A stretch of 57,651 nt of DNA, filler included, from Sphacelaria rigidula (taxonomy: Eukaryota), in the NCBI GenBank assembly GCA_964200075.2. It is 9 parts of 9 records of this genome, joined end to end, with 100 filler letters (N's around TTAATTAATTAA, not from the genome) between each part and the next. Parts side by side here need not be neighbours in the genome. Positions count along the whole stretch, not along the records: positions 32,087 to 38,403 come from CAXNAA020020816.1; positions 38,504 to 44,819 come from CAXNAA020020817.1; positions 44,920 to 51,235 come from CAXNAA020020818.1; 6 more parts are not named here. One strand, written 5' to 3'. Numbering within the stretch: position 1 is the first letter of the stretch; the number at the start of each line of letters is the position of its first letter. A model generated the notes under the pieces. It was given only the letters and a program-made list of their open reading frames with translations. It ran no database searches and was not told the origin of the DNA. A program made the position numbers and the translations under genes. Below, piece after piece: positions 34,146 through 47,392 of the stretch.

Positions 34146-35194
34146 TTCTTACGCCAGTGTGAAAACGGCAAACAGTGAAGTGAAGGCCAGTAAACTTGCA
34201 GGGCACCAAGCAGAAACAATTGCGGGCACACTGTAACAGACATGATTCTTCTTTTTTCAATTTGAGCCATAAATGCGCACAAATTTTGGTGCTGAAAAGC
34301 AAGCAAGAGAGGGAAACAACAGAGACTCGGGAACAAGACACAAAGCACAACCCAGTCCTCCTCCCCGTCCTCCTACGACTATTAGTAGTACTATCGCTGA
34401 GAACATTTTCGCTAAACTATGCTGGCGTAGCTAACGACACCGATGAACGAGCAATACCGCGACCCGCTCACCTGACGAAAACACTTCCTGTCCCGTAACG
34501 GGGACACTCCCCGGGCCAACCACGCAGCAGCCGCCGCCGTCGGAGGTCACACACCGACCCACACACGCCTACAGCCTCGTCCCGGCAGTTTCTTGTGCCT
34601 CTTCTATCCAGCAGACTTCGAGATGGAGTATCCGGGCGGGTACCCGGGAGCGCGCCTCGTCCGCCAATATCTTTCCCTCCCTGATGTTTTTTTCACTTGC
34701 TTGTTTCATACCTCGATCAGTTTTTTTTTCCAAGTATTCAAACTTGAAATAGAATCAATGATCGGGGGGGGGGGGGGAGACCAATCACGGTTATTGTCGT
34801 TGTTTTGCCCGGACCACCAGGGGTACTGGCGACAGCGCTAGACAGGGCGTGGATGAGCCCATGCCATGTTTCTTGCGCAATGTTGCGCACGTTGTTCGAT
34901 GATGAGGTGCACAGTTGGAACGACAGCAACAGCAATATCGGCGAGAACAGAGGCAGGGGTTCTTGGGGAAAACAATAATAACAGAAATATAGCTATCATG
35001 TGTGTGTTTGTTTTCTTTCTTTCTTCTCTCTCCCCGTTGAACCCCGGGGGAGCTACTTCTCACCGTTTTTTGTGGCGTCTCTCTTCTTATTTTGATTTTT
35101 GGAATGTGTCTTGTAAGGAATAGCAGGAAACGGTATTGGAAAGGCGAGTCTACGTCTGTGACCACGGGTTCGCGAGATCGGACTAATGTGCGGA

Positions 35195-35253
<59 letters not shown>

Positions 35254-37685
35254 GCCATCACTCAGGCACAACAAATCGGTGTGCCTTTTCACGCCATTTG
35301 CTTCCGTTTTTGCACCGCTTGCGCACGCCGTGTACTTTCACGTACTGCCGTGAAATTTGGGGAATCCAAGCCAAGAAAACACCGAAGATTATCCGACTTG
35401 CACGAGGTAGGCGAGGTACCGTAGTCGAGGAGTAATACATAATACAGGGTGGGGAGGTTGAGGAAGCGATCGCCGCCCAAGGCTAGGGAAATAAATTGAA
35501 ACGCACTCAACTATTCTGGCGGGAGATCGGAGAAACAGATTTCCCGTCATTTGGCTTGCGAGGTTATTTCCCCCACACATTTCAGGCCAAGAAAGCTCGA
35601 AGCCGGAGTACAAGTGGAGGGCTCTGAGAACTACACCTCAAGTCCTATACAGCGTGACACTGAGTTGTGCTGAACAATGTCTAGCGTTGCGTATCTGAAG
35701 GGTTCGCTCATTGTGCATAATACATGGTGATGGTACCTGGTGATGGTACCTGGTGATGGTACATTATATGCCGGCCGATCGACTCAGTCCATTCATGGCA
35801 AAAATACAGACGGTTGCGCCCTTGTACTAGGGCGAAAAGCCGATTGTATTTGGGTCGTTATCGACTGAATAATGACCTGTATAGCGTACTTGGCAGCCAG
35901 TAACGACGAATTGGCGATATCGCAGCCGATTAACCACACAAGACATACGTTATCTCGAAAAAACATCGGTACCAATACACAAATTAAAACTTGTTCCCGA
36001 GGACTATCCCCACCTGGTAACCCTCGCCACGGCCCTCCCTCCGAAGCCCCTCCCTTCCCAACGGCTGAAGCTTTGTGGCCGCCTGCTCCCGTCGTTTTAT
36101 CGGCGCCCTCCGCCGCCACTCTCGTGCAATGGCCGTGGCCGACATTTGCCTCAGCTTAATGATGAGGGTTAATTGTCGCCGAGTCCGCAGTATGCGGTAC
36201 CATGTCTACGACCATGGTTCATTCCACAACATACTCATGGGGAAGGAAAAGCGGGATGAGGGGAAAAGGGAAGCGCGAATATATATATATATATATATAT
36301 GACGTGCCAGTAAGATTTTCGCAGAAAAATGCAAAGAATAGATGATGACTCACGAAACGAGAAAAATTGGAACCGCGAAACATGTGTTGCTTCCCTTTTT
36401 GGTCTTTCCTGAGGGCGGGGCGCGAGCGGGTGCTGCCGTTTCCTAGGGTGATCCGGTGCATACTTGAATTCGTGCGGACTGTCCGATTGTATGTGTTGAC
36501 ACTACAAGAATTTATCGTGATCGCGTCGATCTTAGCCACGGTCAATACCGCCCATCCCACCTCGCAGACCGCAGCTATGCGGTAGGTACTCCAGAGAACA
36601 AGGACACACTTTTGGCTCGTGTGGTACAGCATGGAACATGACAAAACTTCGTATACATGTACTCCAGATATAAAACATTTGCATATGTCTCGAGTATCAT
36701 TACAGTGTGATATGCTCAGTCGTCCCATTATATTGGGTGCATGACTGACTGATGAAACGAAATATTCTGAACGAGCGGCAGGAGACAGGAGAGGGTGAAT
36801 AGACTACACTCTTGCGAAATGTCCACGCGAACACGTGTGTCGGTGCGAACCGGTCATGAGTGTTATGGAGTTTTGTCCTCCATCACGTCAATCGAGATCG
36901 AGAGAAGCACCACTCGCGCTGATTTCTGACAGACCACGAGCAAGATTTGCCACATGGGTCAGGGACCTTCAGCAGAAAAGAAAGTTGAGTACGCTGGTTT
37001 TGCTTGATCAATAAAATACACCGTATTCATGCAGGATGAGCGAGAACAAGCCCTACTATGAAGCTTCGGATAACGTTGTGGGAAAATATTGGCGTATATG
37101 CTTGGGGACCAGAATTGAAGCTCTGGATAATGATCGACTATAGCACAATCAAGTTTAAGTGAGGCGAACACGTTCCAGGTATCATTACGGTATACTACAT
37201 GTGTCATCAGCAAAACACCTGCGGGTAACACATTCTTGAGCCACGGAAATTCAGCACCCACGGGTGGTACATAGGGTGTAGTATACAACGCATTATCGCA
37301 CTTTCCCCCTGCCATACGTTCAGCCGCTCCCCTTCCTCCGGACGAGTCCATATTCTCAAGGGATCAACGCACCTCTATCACGGTACCCGCCTGACAACCT
37401 TTGGTTTCGCGGATTTAATCAGCACTTCTGCGATCCCGTCGACTCTCGTACGATTTTCTTTGTTACTCGGAGCTTCATGTCTTCAACAGTGGAAGGAAGA
37501 ATCTGCTGAAACCAAAAACACATCATCTGTCGAGACTCAAACTCTCTGCTCCGCCTAGACTGGCCGATGATGTACCACTTCCACCATCGGGGAGCAGTAT
37601 GCTCGACATGCACACACCTGAATGGTCGTCGCCGTCGGTAAGTGCAACCGCTTTCCGTGTACGCCAGGACGTGGGCCTAGGACCT
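34146..37685 (-). CDS. Candidate multi-exon gene of unknown function (exon set uncertain)
   Basis: Exon-like GC-rich blocks with plausible AG/GT boundaries at ~37618-37683, ~35990-36153, ~34789-34961 (EPLPLFSPILLLSFQLCTSSSNNVRNIAQETWHGLIHAL), ~34471-34680 and ~34146-34230. Phases are not fully reconcilable. Confidence 0.3.
35005..35253 (+). mobile_element. Retroposon 3' end with (AAT)n tail
   Basis: The repeat body 35010-35090 recurs inverted at ~38590-38665. It ends in about 19 AAT units at 35196-35253. Confidence 0.6.
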
Positions 37686-37849
37686 GCGCGCAAACAGGGC
37701 GCAGAAGGACGACATTGCGACATTGAAATGGATACATCGATATCGATATCGACGACCACAATAACAACAACGACGACAACGACGACGACGACGACGATGA
37801 CGCAACTTCAGACAACCAACAGACAAGAGTTATAAAACGTGGGCGGGCT

Positions 37850-38403
37850 AGGGAGAAGTACAAACGGAGAATAGATCAAATAAAAAAATGGAAATTAGAG
37901 AGCTCAGAGAGGAAATGACCAAAAATGCAGTGAAATTCGCCGAGCTCTTGGAAAGCGTAGGTACAGCTAATGCCGAAATAGAGACAGATCGGGCAGGAGC
38001 GAACACCATACAAGGATAGGAGCAATTGGTCGAGACCACAGCAAGTAGAGTCAAAGCGAACATATTGTATGTAACAGAGCAGTATAATGGTGGAATGAGG
38101 AAGTAAAATAGACTAAAAGAGTAAGGAGGGGGGCCCACGCAAGATATACTTGGAGCACACCTACAGTGGGGTGGGGGGAGTAAGCTGAAGCTAGACAAGG
38201 GGTAAAAAAGGATGGTAAAAGTGCGACAATCAAGACAAGAAACAGAAGAAAACATGAAAAGATGTAGTTGATGAAACAAATGAAGGTTTTGATGGCGGGA
38301 TGAAACAAAAGGGAGCAGGGGTGGAATGAATACTGGGCAAACAGGCAGGAGAGGCAGACAAGGGAATTACCACACTAAAAAGAGCACAACGCTGCAAAAT
38401 AAT
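37850..38403 (+). mobile_element. LINE linker-region fragment
   Basis: Homologous to 33001-33530 (AVKFAELLESVGT...DRAGA...GFDGGMK). Confidence 0.85.
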
Positions 38404-39838
38404 NNNNNNNNNNNNNNNNNNNNNNNNNNNNNNNNNNNNNNNNNNNNTTAATTAATTAANNNNNNNNNNNNNNNNNNNNNNNNNNNNNNNNNNNNNNNNN
38501 NNNGAAACCAAAATAAAATAAGATAGATCCAGAGTGAAAAACTCACAAAGTTCCTTACCAGACACATTACCAAAATAGAGAAGAATTAAGAAGAGCGACG
38601 CCACGAAAAGCGGTGAGAAGTAGCTCCCCCGAGTTCAATGCGGAGAGAAAAGAAAGAAAGAAAAATGTATTTCCCGTTTGAACGCGGCGCGCTCTCAAGA
38701 TAAAAGATTGATGTCCGAGTCTCGATGTCTGCATCATGGAGGTGCTCAACAGCAGTCTTTTCCACGACTTTGCACAGGAAATATTTCGGGTGCAGCCTTT
38801 GACGTAAGTTTCATTCGTGAGACCAAGTTCATACTAGGTTTCCCGAAGATTGAACCTACTATTTTTTCATCCGCGTGTTTCTTTCATAGCCGTCTGCGTC
38901 CATGGTGAAGTTTACGCGCCTCGGGACCTTGTTTGCAGCACGGTCCGCGAGATGCTCCAGGCCTCTCTCCTACGCGCTGCAGAATGATCTCTCAGCGGTC
39001 GGCGGCATCATGAACGATCCTATTTCGTGTATTATATACTCTAGAGTCGCTGTTCAGACCCGTCGATAAGGGGGCTTTGGAGGGTACTCCGTCAGCTCAA
39101 TCCTCACAGCATTCGAATTCGGAATGGCTGAAATGGAGTGGTGGTGATAGTGCGGTATGGGGATCGAGTTCTGATCGGAAAGTCAAAAGTATTGCGTTTT
39201 TGTCAACGGTGCGCACCTTCAAGCAGTTGAGCTTCCAGATGTGGTCGGAGATGTAAACTTGAGGTCATCCAAGTGCTACGAGTCTGGGATTGGAGTCGAA
39301 GTTATGGTGTATACCGTTTTGAGAGGTCAATGAGAGTGGATCGCGAGTCAGAGAAGTCGAACAGATGTTTTGAACGTGAAATAAAACTATTGAGGGAGTT
39401 ACGGACTTGGTGGAGAACACCTCACGTGCTAGTGGAAAGATGGTTTGAAAAGAGCAAGTCCCCCATGGAGTTGAGCGTCTATATTCACAACGTTCCTCCT
39501 GCGATGAATAAAGCTGGCCCCAGAGGAATTGAAAGTGCTTGTAGGGTGTGTTTGATCGATGTGAAAGACTTCAATCCTAGATCGCAAAAGGGCAAGGAAG
39601 GGCCGAAGCGTGGTGACGGTTTTGAGATATGAACAGCCACGTTTGGCTGTGCTCCTGCTTTGGAGTGTTTCCCCCCCTGTCTTCATGGCTCGTTGCACAC
39701 AGACGACCGACCGTCCATAAGACACTAGGATGTGCAAAGGCGCTACAGTAAAGCAAGTCGCTGTATTCAAAAGGTGACTGCTGTACTTCTTCCTTTCCGT
39801 TGTCCTCTTATCGGGCGTGTTGGCCCGGCCATCACCAG

Positions 39839-40003
39839 GCCGATGTGCCAATAAGGTTGGACGGCGCGCTCTGCGGACTGGTGGAGGGGTGGGCAAACGG
39901 CTGCGACTGGAGCGAGCTCGTGGCGAGCACATCGTTGGACCAGGGTGACCTGTGCAGGATTCTTAGAAGGGCCATGGAAATGCTCAGGCAAATTCCTGTC
40001 TTG
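39839..40003 (+). CDS. Ski2-like DExH RNA helicase (ISE2/HelY-like), DSHCT domain exon
   Basis: cag|ADVPIRLDGALCGLVEGWANGCDWSELVASTSLDQGDLCRILRRAMEMLRQIPVL|gtgag matches DSHCT motif GlVe.WA.G..W......lDeGDl.R.lRR...lL.QI. Confidence 0.9.
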
Positions 40004-40506
40004 GTGAGCAGAGAAAGTGGCGTTTCAATGTCGGCGATGCGTTTTTGTGTTTCATTTCCTTCTTGTACAACAACGCAGAGGATCCACTTGTTATATTCCG
40101 GCATCCTGTGCAAGTGTCGAGGTAGAGCGACCAGAGTGACCGTAAACGCATGTAAAAAAATGTATATTGATTGATTTTGATTGATTATCTCACATTAGCT
40201 GACTGCAACAATCCAGCCCGTGATCAGGAGCAGCAAAAACAGAATAGAATAATAAAAAAAATACAATGAAGAAAATATGTACACATATGAAATTCTGATG
40301 AAAATAAGCCGATGCTTTCGGAAATATCTTGCGTTGGAGCAAAGAATGCGCTCGAGATCTATTGAGAGAGGGAGAAAGGGATAGCGGGAGGCGTGAGTGG
40401 TGGATATCTTGCCGCTAAAGTATGTTTGAGTCTCGTGAGGTGAGAAGTAGGCCGTTTACCGCCATGACGTGCTTGTCGTATGTTGTAGCAGCTGACGGCG
40501 GCGGGC

Positions 40507-40863
40507 AGGGGGGACGGGGGCGTACGCATTCGTTGCTTGCCTTAGTCTTTTGACCATTGACCACGCACCCCTTTCGAGACGGAGCACCGTTCCTACTCCC
40601 AAAAGAGACACCTCCAACATTTCGACGCTCATTACGTTTCTTCTATGCATTTACACAAAATCTTTGACATATCTTAACGCCGTCCTATTTCGCCGTCTGT
40701 GGCCACCATCTATCTCCGAGTATAGCCATTGTTTTCTCCCTACTGTGTAGTGCATCGAACGATTCCATGACACCTTCATTCGCGTCCAGCATTTCCCTCT
40801 CTAGCCCGTCCCGTTCCTCCTTGTATAGTTCACACTCTGCCACTATATAACTTCTACTCTCTA
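40507..40863 (-). mobile_element. LINE 3'-end fragment in helicase intron
   Basis: Same 3' family as 32603-32999, with a G-rich (minus-strand C-rich) tail. Confidence 0.88.
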
Positions 40864-41615
40864 CGAGCTGGGCCAGCTGACAGTGATTTTTGAATGAAGA
40901 ATGACGATGCGATTCGTAATTCGAAGAGTTATGCGCTGAAATTTTGGCCCGACATATTAATCATCAACCCGCGCAACCCTATTGGGGGTGCAGAGGAAGA
41001 AGGAAAAAAGACAGGAATTTAGAGCGAGTTGAAGTTTCAGCAAAAACAGGAAAAGTGGTATAGCTGCGTGAAAACTCGATGAAAACGACTGCACCCCGAA
41101 TAACGTTGTGGGTACTCGCGTCCAGGACATCCTGGTAAATTTTCAACTTGGGTGCCGCATCGCACTTTTCCAATTCGTGTGGTACGGTCGTGCCCCTTTG
41201 ATCCGAGTGATGCAGGAGACTCCAGTTGTGGAGGTCATGAGTTCGAATCCCGACAGATTCTCTTTATTTTTTCGTCTGTTGTTAAGGTCATATATTATGC
41301 AGTACATTTTTTTTTTTCTTCATTCGGCGGCGGTGCCGTGTGTTACCAGGTTGGTCTGCAGTTCACAGCGATATGCTCATGTCGCGCTGATTTGGGAATC
41401 TTGAGAAGTTGTGCTGTGGAAAGCGAATGCAGGATAAACTGCTGGCTCACCTCGTATTGCTTTCGCCACGGGGGCAATTCTGTACATCTACTTCCCTCTC
41501 CTCTCGACTACTGAAAGCTGACGGCGGAGGGTGGGGGGCATGCTCATTCGTTGTTCGCCTTCGTCGTTTGGCCATTGGCCACGCATCCATTTCGACGGGG
41601 GGGGGGGCACGTGTT

Positions 41616-41648
<33 letters not shown>

Positions 41649-41928
41649 TCCCCNNNNNNNNNNTTTTTTTTTTTTTGTTTTTTTTTTTTTTTGTTGTTGG
41701 GTGTGTTTTTTTTTTTTCCCCCCCCCCCCCCCCCCAAGATTTGGCTCGCCGACCAAAGCAGCGACACTAGTATGTTTTACAGCTTGCAATGATACTGGCA
41801 CAAATCATCAGAGACATTCACGTGTTGTGGTACCCTTTTCCTCATGTGTATCTATGTTTCACTGTGTATACGTTCTGCTTCGTCCTCGCTTCTTGTCCCC
41901 TTGCCTCCATGCCGTGTGTTCTTTCCAG

Positions 41929-42039
41929 CCTGGTCTACCGAGTGTATTGAAAGACAGGGCTAGGCTTGCCGCGGATGCTTTAGATCGATTCCCGGTGTCC
42001 GACGATAATTCTTATTTGCTAAGACCCAGTACCACCGAG
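41929..42039 (+). CDS. ISE2/HelY-like helicase, penultimate exon (GC donor)
   Basis: tttccag|PGLPSVLKDRARLAADALDRFPVSDDNSYLLRPSTTE|gcaagt completes the DSHCT motif A..A...l.R.PV. Confidence 0.82.
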
Positions 42040-42685
42040 GCAAGTATTTTCTCGTTTGTTGCTTGGGGGTGGTGGCGGGGAGTGTACTCATGATCTTGCG
42101 TGCTATAGTCATATGACCATTGACCTAGCATCCCTACAGAGCCGGGATGGAGCACCCCGGCTTTTCGCCGGACCAGGATCGCAATCAATCACTAAAAGCG
42201 AAGCGCCGTCATGTTTTTGGCGGGTCGCATGAGCTGCATCCTGCTAAGATTGTTCGGCCTGAAGCGCCCTGGTTATCTTGCATATGGATGACAGCCTCTA
42301 ATGAGCTGCTTCGTTTTCTGGTATCGCCACTTCCACAGACAGCCCCGGCCTCCACGCTACCTTATGAGCATCTCACCTAGGGGGAGAGGGGGGGGCATGT
42401 ACTCATGATCTTGCATGCCGTAGTCGTAAAATCATTTTTTTTCTTGGGAGGGGGGAGAGGGACGACTGGGACAAAGTCGCACTCACTTTGATACAGTTTA
42501 TTCAAGTGATGGAGCACTGAGTAACGTTGTGGGCAATGTAGGTGACGGCTATTCAAGGTAAGAATGCTCGGTCCGAATTCGCCACGGCAAGGGCTCCTCG
42601 TATGAACCTACCCTCTGGTCTACATTTCGTCGAAAGCACCGCCCCCTCCAGCTTATGGCCACTCCTTCATTTCTGCCCGATTCAG

Positions 42686-43369
42686 GTGGACGGGGACGAC
42701 GCGGAAGCCAGCGGCGTAAAGGAAGGGGAGGACCAGTTGGGTCATGATTTTGACGGCGAAAACAGCGAGGATCATGATGGGCTGGAGATTATTCAACTGG
42801 AGGATGACGGTGTTCCGCCCGGCGGGGAGGGGGGCGTTCAGTTCCGAAACAGGGTTCCCAGTGACGACGGAAACGGGGACTTCACGTACGAAAATGGGGG
42901 CCTTGTCGATGATGGCACTGGGGGAAGTGGACAGGGTTACTACGAAGTTGACGAGTCGGAGGAGAGTGCTGTATTTCTAGGCGATGGTCGAACATGGGAA
43001 GGAGATGTAGATCCTGGGGCAAGTTCCAGCAGCGGTCCGGAGGAACGCCTCCAGGAAATGATGGGGGAAAATGGTGTGAGAGTTTCGAAGAGAGGTTTCG
43101 AGGAATCTTCTCGAGGATATTCTTGGGATGATTCTGTGACTGATGATGAAGTGCCATCCGTCAGTGCGGACGTGAGTGATATCCCATGGGATACAGAGGA
43201 AGCCGGGGACGGAGACCGCGCGCCGTTCAGCCGATCCGGGTCAGCCTTGGGGGCGGCTGCTGGCACGACGTTAGCGTCATTGACATTACCTTTGTCATCG
43301 AGTGGGTATAGGTGTGCTTTAGGAGACAGTCGGATGGGATATAGACGGCGATTGAGAAGGATACGATGA
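42686..43369 (+). CDS. ISE2/HelY-like helicase, terminal exon with acidic low-complexity tail
   Basis: ttcag|VDGDDAEASG...RRRLRRIR-TGA; phase 0, 227 sense codons, Asp/Glu/Gly-rich. Confidence 0.72.
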   Translation: MDGDDAEASGVKEGEDQLGHDFDGENSEDHDGLEIIQLEDDGVPPGGEGGVQFRNRVPSDDGNGDFTYENGGLVDDGTGGSGQGYYEVDESEESAVFLGDGRTWEGDVDPGASSSSGPEERLQEMMGENGVRVSKRGFEESSRGYSWDDSVTDDEVPSVSADVSDIPWDTEEAGDGDRAPFSRSGSALGAAAGTTLASLTLPLSSSGYRCALGDSRMGYRRRLRRIR

Positions 43370-43623
43370 GCGGAAGATGGGCACGGCGCTCCGCAATATC
43401 GTGCGGGTCGTCGACGGTTGGACTCACGATGTGTAAACAGCCGTTGTATATCACCTGATTTTGTGTCTAACATATTTTGCCACTGGTAGATTCAGGGCCA
43501 TCAATCCACGTCGACCAATACCTTTTGACTGTATGATCCCCGTCGAGTGGATTGGCAGCCCGACTCAAACTATTTTGATACGAGGGAAGGTTTGACACAA
43601 CCTCCCTTTCCCCGAGGGTGACC

Positions 43624-44295
43624 TCACAACATGAAACCAAGTGCATCCTCTCGATATCTGCGCCACTGCTCTGTGTATGCTCCCGCGATTCTGGCTTCCG
43701 ACTCCTGGAGAAGATCTATATCTTCACCAACAACCACATGTGGGAGAACAGCGTACTGTGAGGGACCCTGAGAGAAATCCTGTAAAAACGGATGTACAAC
43801 CCCTGGCAGATTGATTCCCCCCAAAACATTGCTGTACGTGACAGTAACTGCCTCAGTGCAGTCGCCGTATAATCCTACAGTGGCAAGCAGAGCAGCTTAC
43901 TGCCCTCTGTGAGCAGGAGTCCTAAGCAAGACCGGAGTATTGAAGCGTTTTAGCGTGGTCCCAAGACGCCTTGTTCATTTCGCTTGACACACGCAGGAGG
44001 ACAAAGTAGCACAGTCCCTACGAGTACCCACTTCGCGACGTCGATCAAGTCCAAAAGACCCCACGCGTCAAAGGGCTGTGGATAACATTGGCCCATCAGA
44101 CTTTCTGACATGTTGCAGTAGACTTGACCCCACCCATCCGTGATTAAAACGTGTGGTTGGGGTTTGAACTAAAAGAACATGTCAAACCATGGATTTGCTT
44201 CGAATTAGGGTGAACTCACCTCTGTTTTTGGTCAGTTAGAAAACTGGTTGCCGCTCTGCCCTCATGCCTGTACTTTCGTGGACTGGTCGTCTTTA
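43624..44295 (-). CDS. Last three exons of a convergent gene of unknown function
   Basis: Phase-consistent exons 44220-44295, 43901-43969 and 43624-43831: ...RRLGTTLKRFNTPVLLRTPAHRGHNVLGGINLPGVVHPFLQDF...EQWRRYREDALGFML-TGA. Confidence 0.5.
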
Positions 44296-44539
44296 CTTGT
44301 ATCAGCAGGCAGAAAGTGTGTTCATTCGGTGTGGGTAAAGACAAGAAGTGATCATCACGAATGGCGAATGCTGAAAGGCACTGTTTCTCGCATCAGTAGA
44401 GACATGGGACACTGACCTTGTGGGTATGTTGTTCTAACACATATGGACGAGATGCAAAATCACTCGGAGCAATGCTATGATAATATATATATGTGGGAGG
44501 GGGTGTACTCATGATCATGCATGCCATAGTCATCACGGT

Positions 44540-44782
44540 GGAGGGGGTGGGGGGGGTGGGGGGGTGTTTGATTCTCTGAACAAATATGCCAATATATGCG
44601 TCAAACGACCTGAAACACTCGCGGTGCGCTTGTATTTGGGTAAAAGCGGTGTAAAGCCGCATGAGTAAGCGTTATTTATCTGGAGCAAGCGCGTTCGAAC
44701 AACTGTTGGCTGCTTTCAACGACAACTGCGTGGAATTTCGTGAAAGAAAACGCCCCCCCCCCCCCCCCCCCCCCCCCCCCCC
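44540..44782. mobile_element. Second copy of the G-run/C-run bounded element
   Basis: Homologous to 19314-19535. Confidence 0.7.
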
Positions 44783-46189
44783 ATCCACCCCTCGCCATTC
44801 CCGCTCCACCCCCCCCCCCNNNNNNNNNNNNNNNNNNNNNNNNNNNNNNNNNNNNNNNNNNNNTTAATTAATTAANNNNNNNNNNNNNNNNNNNNNNNNN
44901 NNNNNNNNNNNNNNNNNNNCAAAACGTCCAAAATCGGTCAACATCGGGGTATAAGTGGACCCAAAAGGGCCAAAATGGGGTATATTTTGATATGATTTTA
45001 GTATTGAAAACATTTTTTTTTTCTTTTTTTCTCAGTCAGCTTCGTCTGCACGTTATCTCTCTAACGAGTCCAACTGTAGCATGATCGTGAGCATTGAAAT
45101 ACCCTCACGATTAAACGTCCATAACGATACAGACTTATGGGACAGAGGAAGTATGTATTCAAGTACGTCATCGCTCAGTAGTATCCAGTTTTCGTGGGGG
45201 TACATCTCTTCACGGTTTGCAAGTCGCGCACGGTGGCAGCCGCCTCTGCTTCGATGTATGCCATCTATACTCTTGCAGCAGTCCTGGTACTTCCAGGGGA
45301 GGGACTGGCACACCTTCAGCGTATTTTTGATCCCGAACGCATACCACATCATCTCTAATGTCCCACATCTGTTACTGTCTGTACCAAGTCTATACTGCTG
45401 CTACTCTACCGCACATTCACGCAACGTTTTTTCACTAGCGGCTGAATATAACGGCATGAAACAGTCAGCGTGCCATCGCTCTCCACTGAACATAGTCCAC
45501 TGCGGGTGCAGGGCTGGCACACCTCGAGCGTGGTTTGATCTTGCACACATGTCGCATCGTATTCACTGCACTTCCTTATTTACTGTCTGCACCGCTGCCG
45601 CGGCTGCTACGACTACTTTACCATCGTACATGTGAGCTCTTCCCATGAGTGCCTGGATAGCAGGTGAAAAACAGTCAGCGCGCTATCATTCTCCACAAAA
45701 CACAGTCTACTGCACGCTGGTGGCGTCTCCGCGTAGTGTTCCACAACAGCACTACAGTGTGCAGCTGTGCTGGCAACACACGAAGATCAGGCAGGCAGCA
45801 AAGACTACGAGCAGAATGAAGAGCACGCCCTTTGCCTATGCTGTCAATCAGTGTTATTCCTTTTCGATAATATAAAGGCGGTAATTCGGAAGATTAGGCG
45901 TCGAGACCACGCGAACCTCGTGTGTGATGAGGCCGAAACTTGGGAGATGTTCACCGGTACCAAAGCAACATGTCACAGTCACAGGTTCAGCAGCGCAAGC
46001 AGCTGAGGGCGCCTCGTGGCATTGCAACGGTGGGTACCACCGACGCGGCGATGTTTAATTTATTGACACCGCTGTCTGATGACAGTACAGGGGGTACGGT
46101 ATCAATCGGGTACGCAGGCAGCCCCGAATCCTGGCAGCCTCATCATGACTCTTCGCTCGGTTATGGATCAAGGGTCAACGAAACACAGC

Positions 46190-46734
46190 TAAGAAGCATC
46201 GTTTAGGCCCTGAATAGGGATTTCTTCGTACCTGACATCCGACACCGGATCGCCGAGAACGCGCAGGCGATTCCCATCCGTATCCTGTTCTTGGAAGTAA
46301 ACTTGGGGATCTGTACCATGCATGCTTCATACGACGTGACATGCGTGATGGAGTTGTATTATGGATTGCTTCCTTCGTTCGACCGAAATATTTTGACTCA
46401 AAGGCCTCCCAGGCTGCACTGCCATCGCCTGAAACGGTCGTACCAACGGTGGTACGTTCCACCACTGTCGGATTTGGTTACTCCTTGCTCAAATTGAGCA
46501 ATTACAGACTGAGCGGGCCCCGATATCATCAAGTCAAGTAAAGAAAATAGATCCGTCTGGGCCTTGACCCACGCTTGTTTTTTCTGCGGCCGTAGCATCG
46601 TCAGCTGGCGGCCGCTTACCGTTAACGAGTGACAAAAGTTCAGGTGCATGTACGCCAAGCAGCACACGCAGTTTGAAACGTCACTCTCTAAACTTGACAA
46701 TGTCTGCCCCGTCAAAGACGTCTAACAGGCGCAT
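46190..46734 (-). mobile_element. Ty1/Copia gag (UBN2-type) remnant
   Basis: MRLLDVFDGADIVKFRE*RFKLRVLL...AWVKAQTDLFSLLDLMISGPAQSVI...GDGSAAWEAFESKY...GTDPQVYF...RLRVLGDPVSDVRYEEI.IQGL, with frameshifts. Confidence 0.85.
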
Positions 46735-47392
46735 TGCCTGTGTAGTATTTTTTTGCTTCGCTACGGTCATGTTGATGCCGAGGCGTAAGACTTGTGAACA
46801 GTTTCGTTGGTCCATTGAGCTGAACGCAACAACGGAACCAGCTCGTGTAGGGAAATTCAAACCCCCCCGTGCCAGGTGTTTCTGTCTGCCTAAGGCAGAC
46901 AATCATCATTATTACTATTTTTTTTAACCGGACGTCGGTCAGTGTACTGACCGAGACACAACTCGCCCTGTGTAGACGAGCTGTCAACACCTGCAAAATC
47001 AGGTAGGTGTACTGTACTGGAAGCCGCAATGTCAAAACGTCGATGGGATGCCCCAGTGATTAACTCCGAACGTCGACTTTGTATGTCGATCAATGGAAGG
47101 CCAGAAACGAAATGGGAATCCAGAAGCAAGATGTAGCAACAAACCGAGCGATACACTGCGCCTATCCGACTCCGTCCGTCGTTTCTTTGCAACACCCCAC
47201 CAGTTTGGCTTCTACGGATGTGCAGCTCAGCTCACATTCGAGGTCATTAGTCCCGAACAAAAGCCGAAGGTGACTCAACTCACGTCGAAATTCTGGGGCC
47301 TCGAACGGAGGAGAGAACGTCTTCCCGAACATCCTCAAAGATGCTCGAAAACACGAGGCTCATAACTTGTTAGGCAAGTGTAGTTTCTTACA

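Noticed and set aside
34791..35292. Poly-Tyr and poly-Leu ORFs
   Set aside because: Translations of the (AAT)n microsatellite.
41409..41801. Poly-Pro, poly-Gly and poly-Lys ORFs (also 361-645 and 15178-15512)
   Set aside because: Low-quality homopolymer sequence around 10-N gaps.
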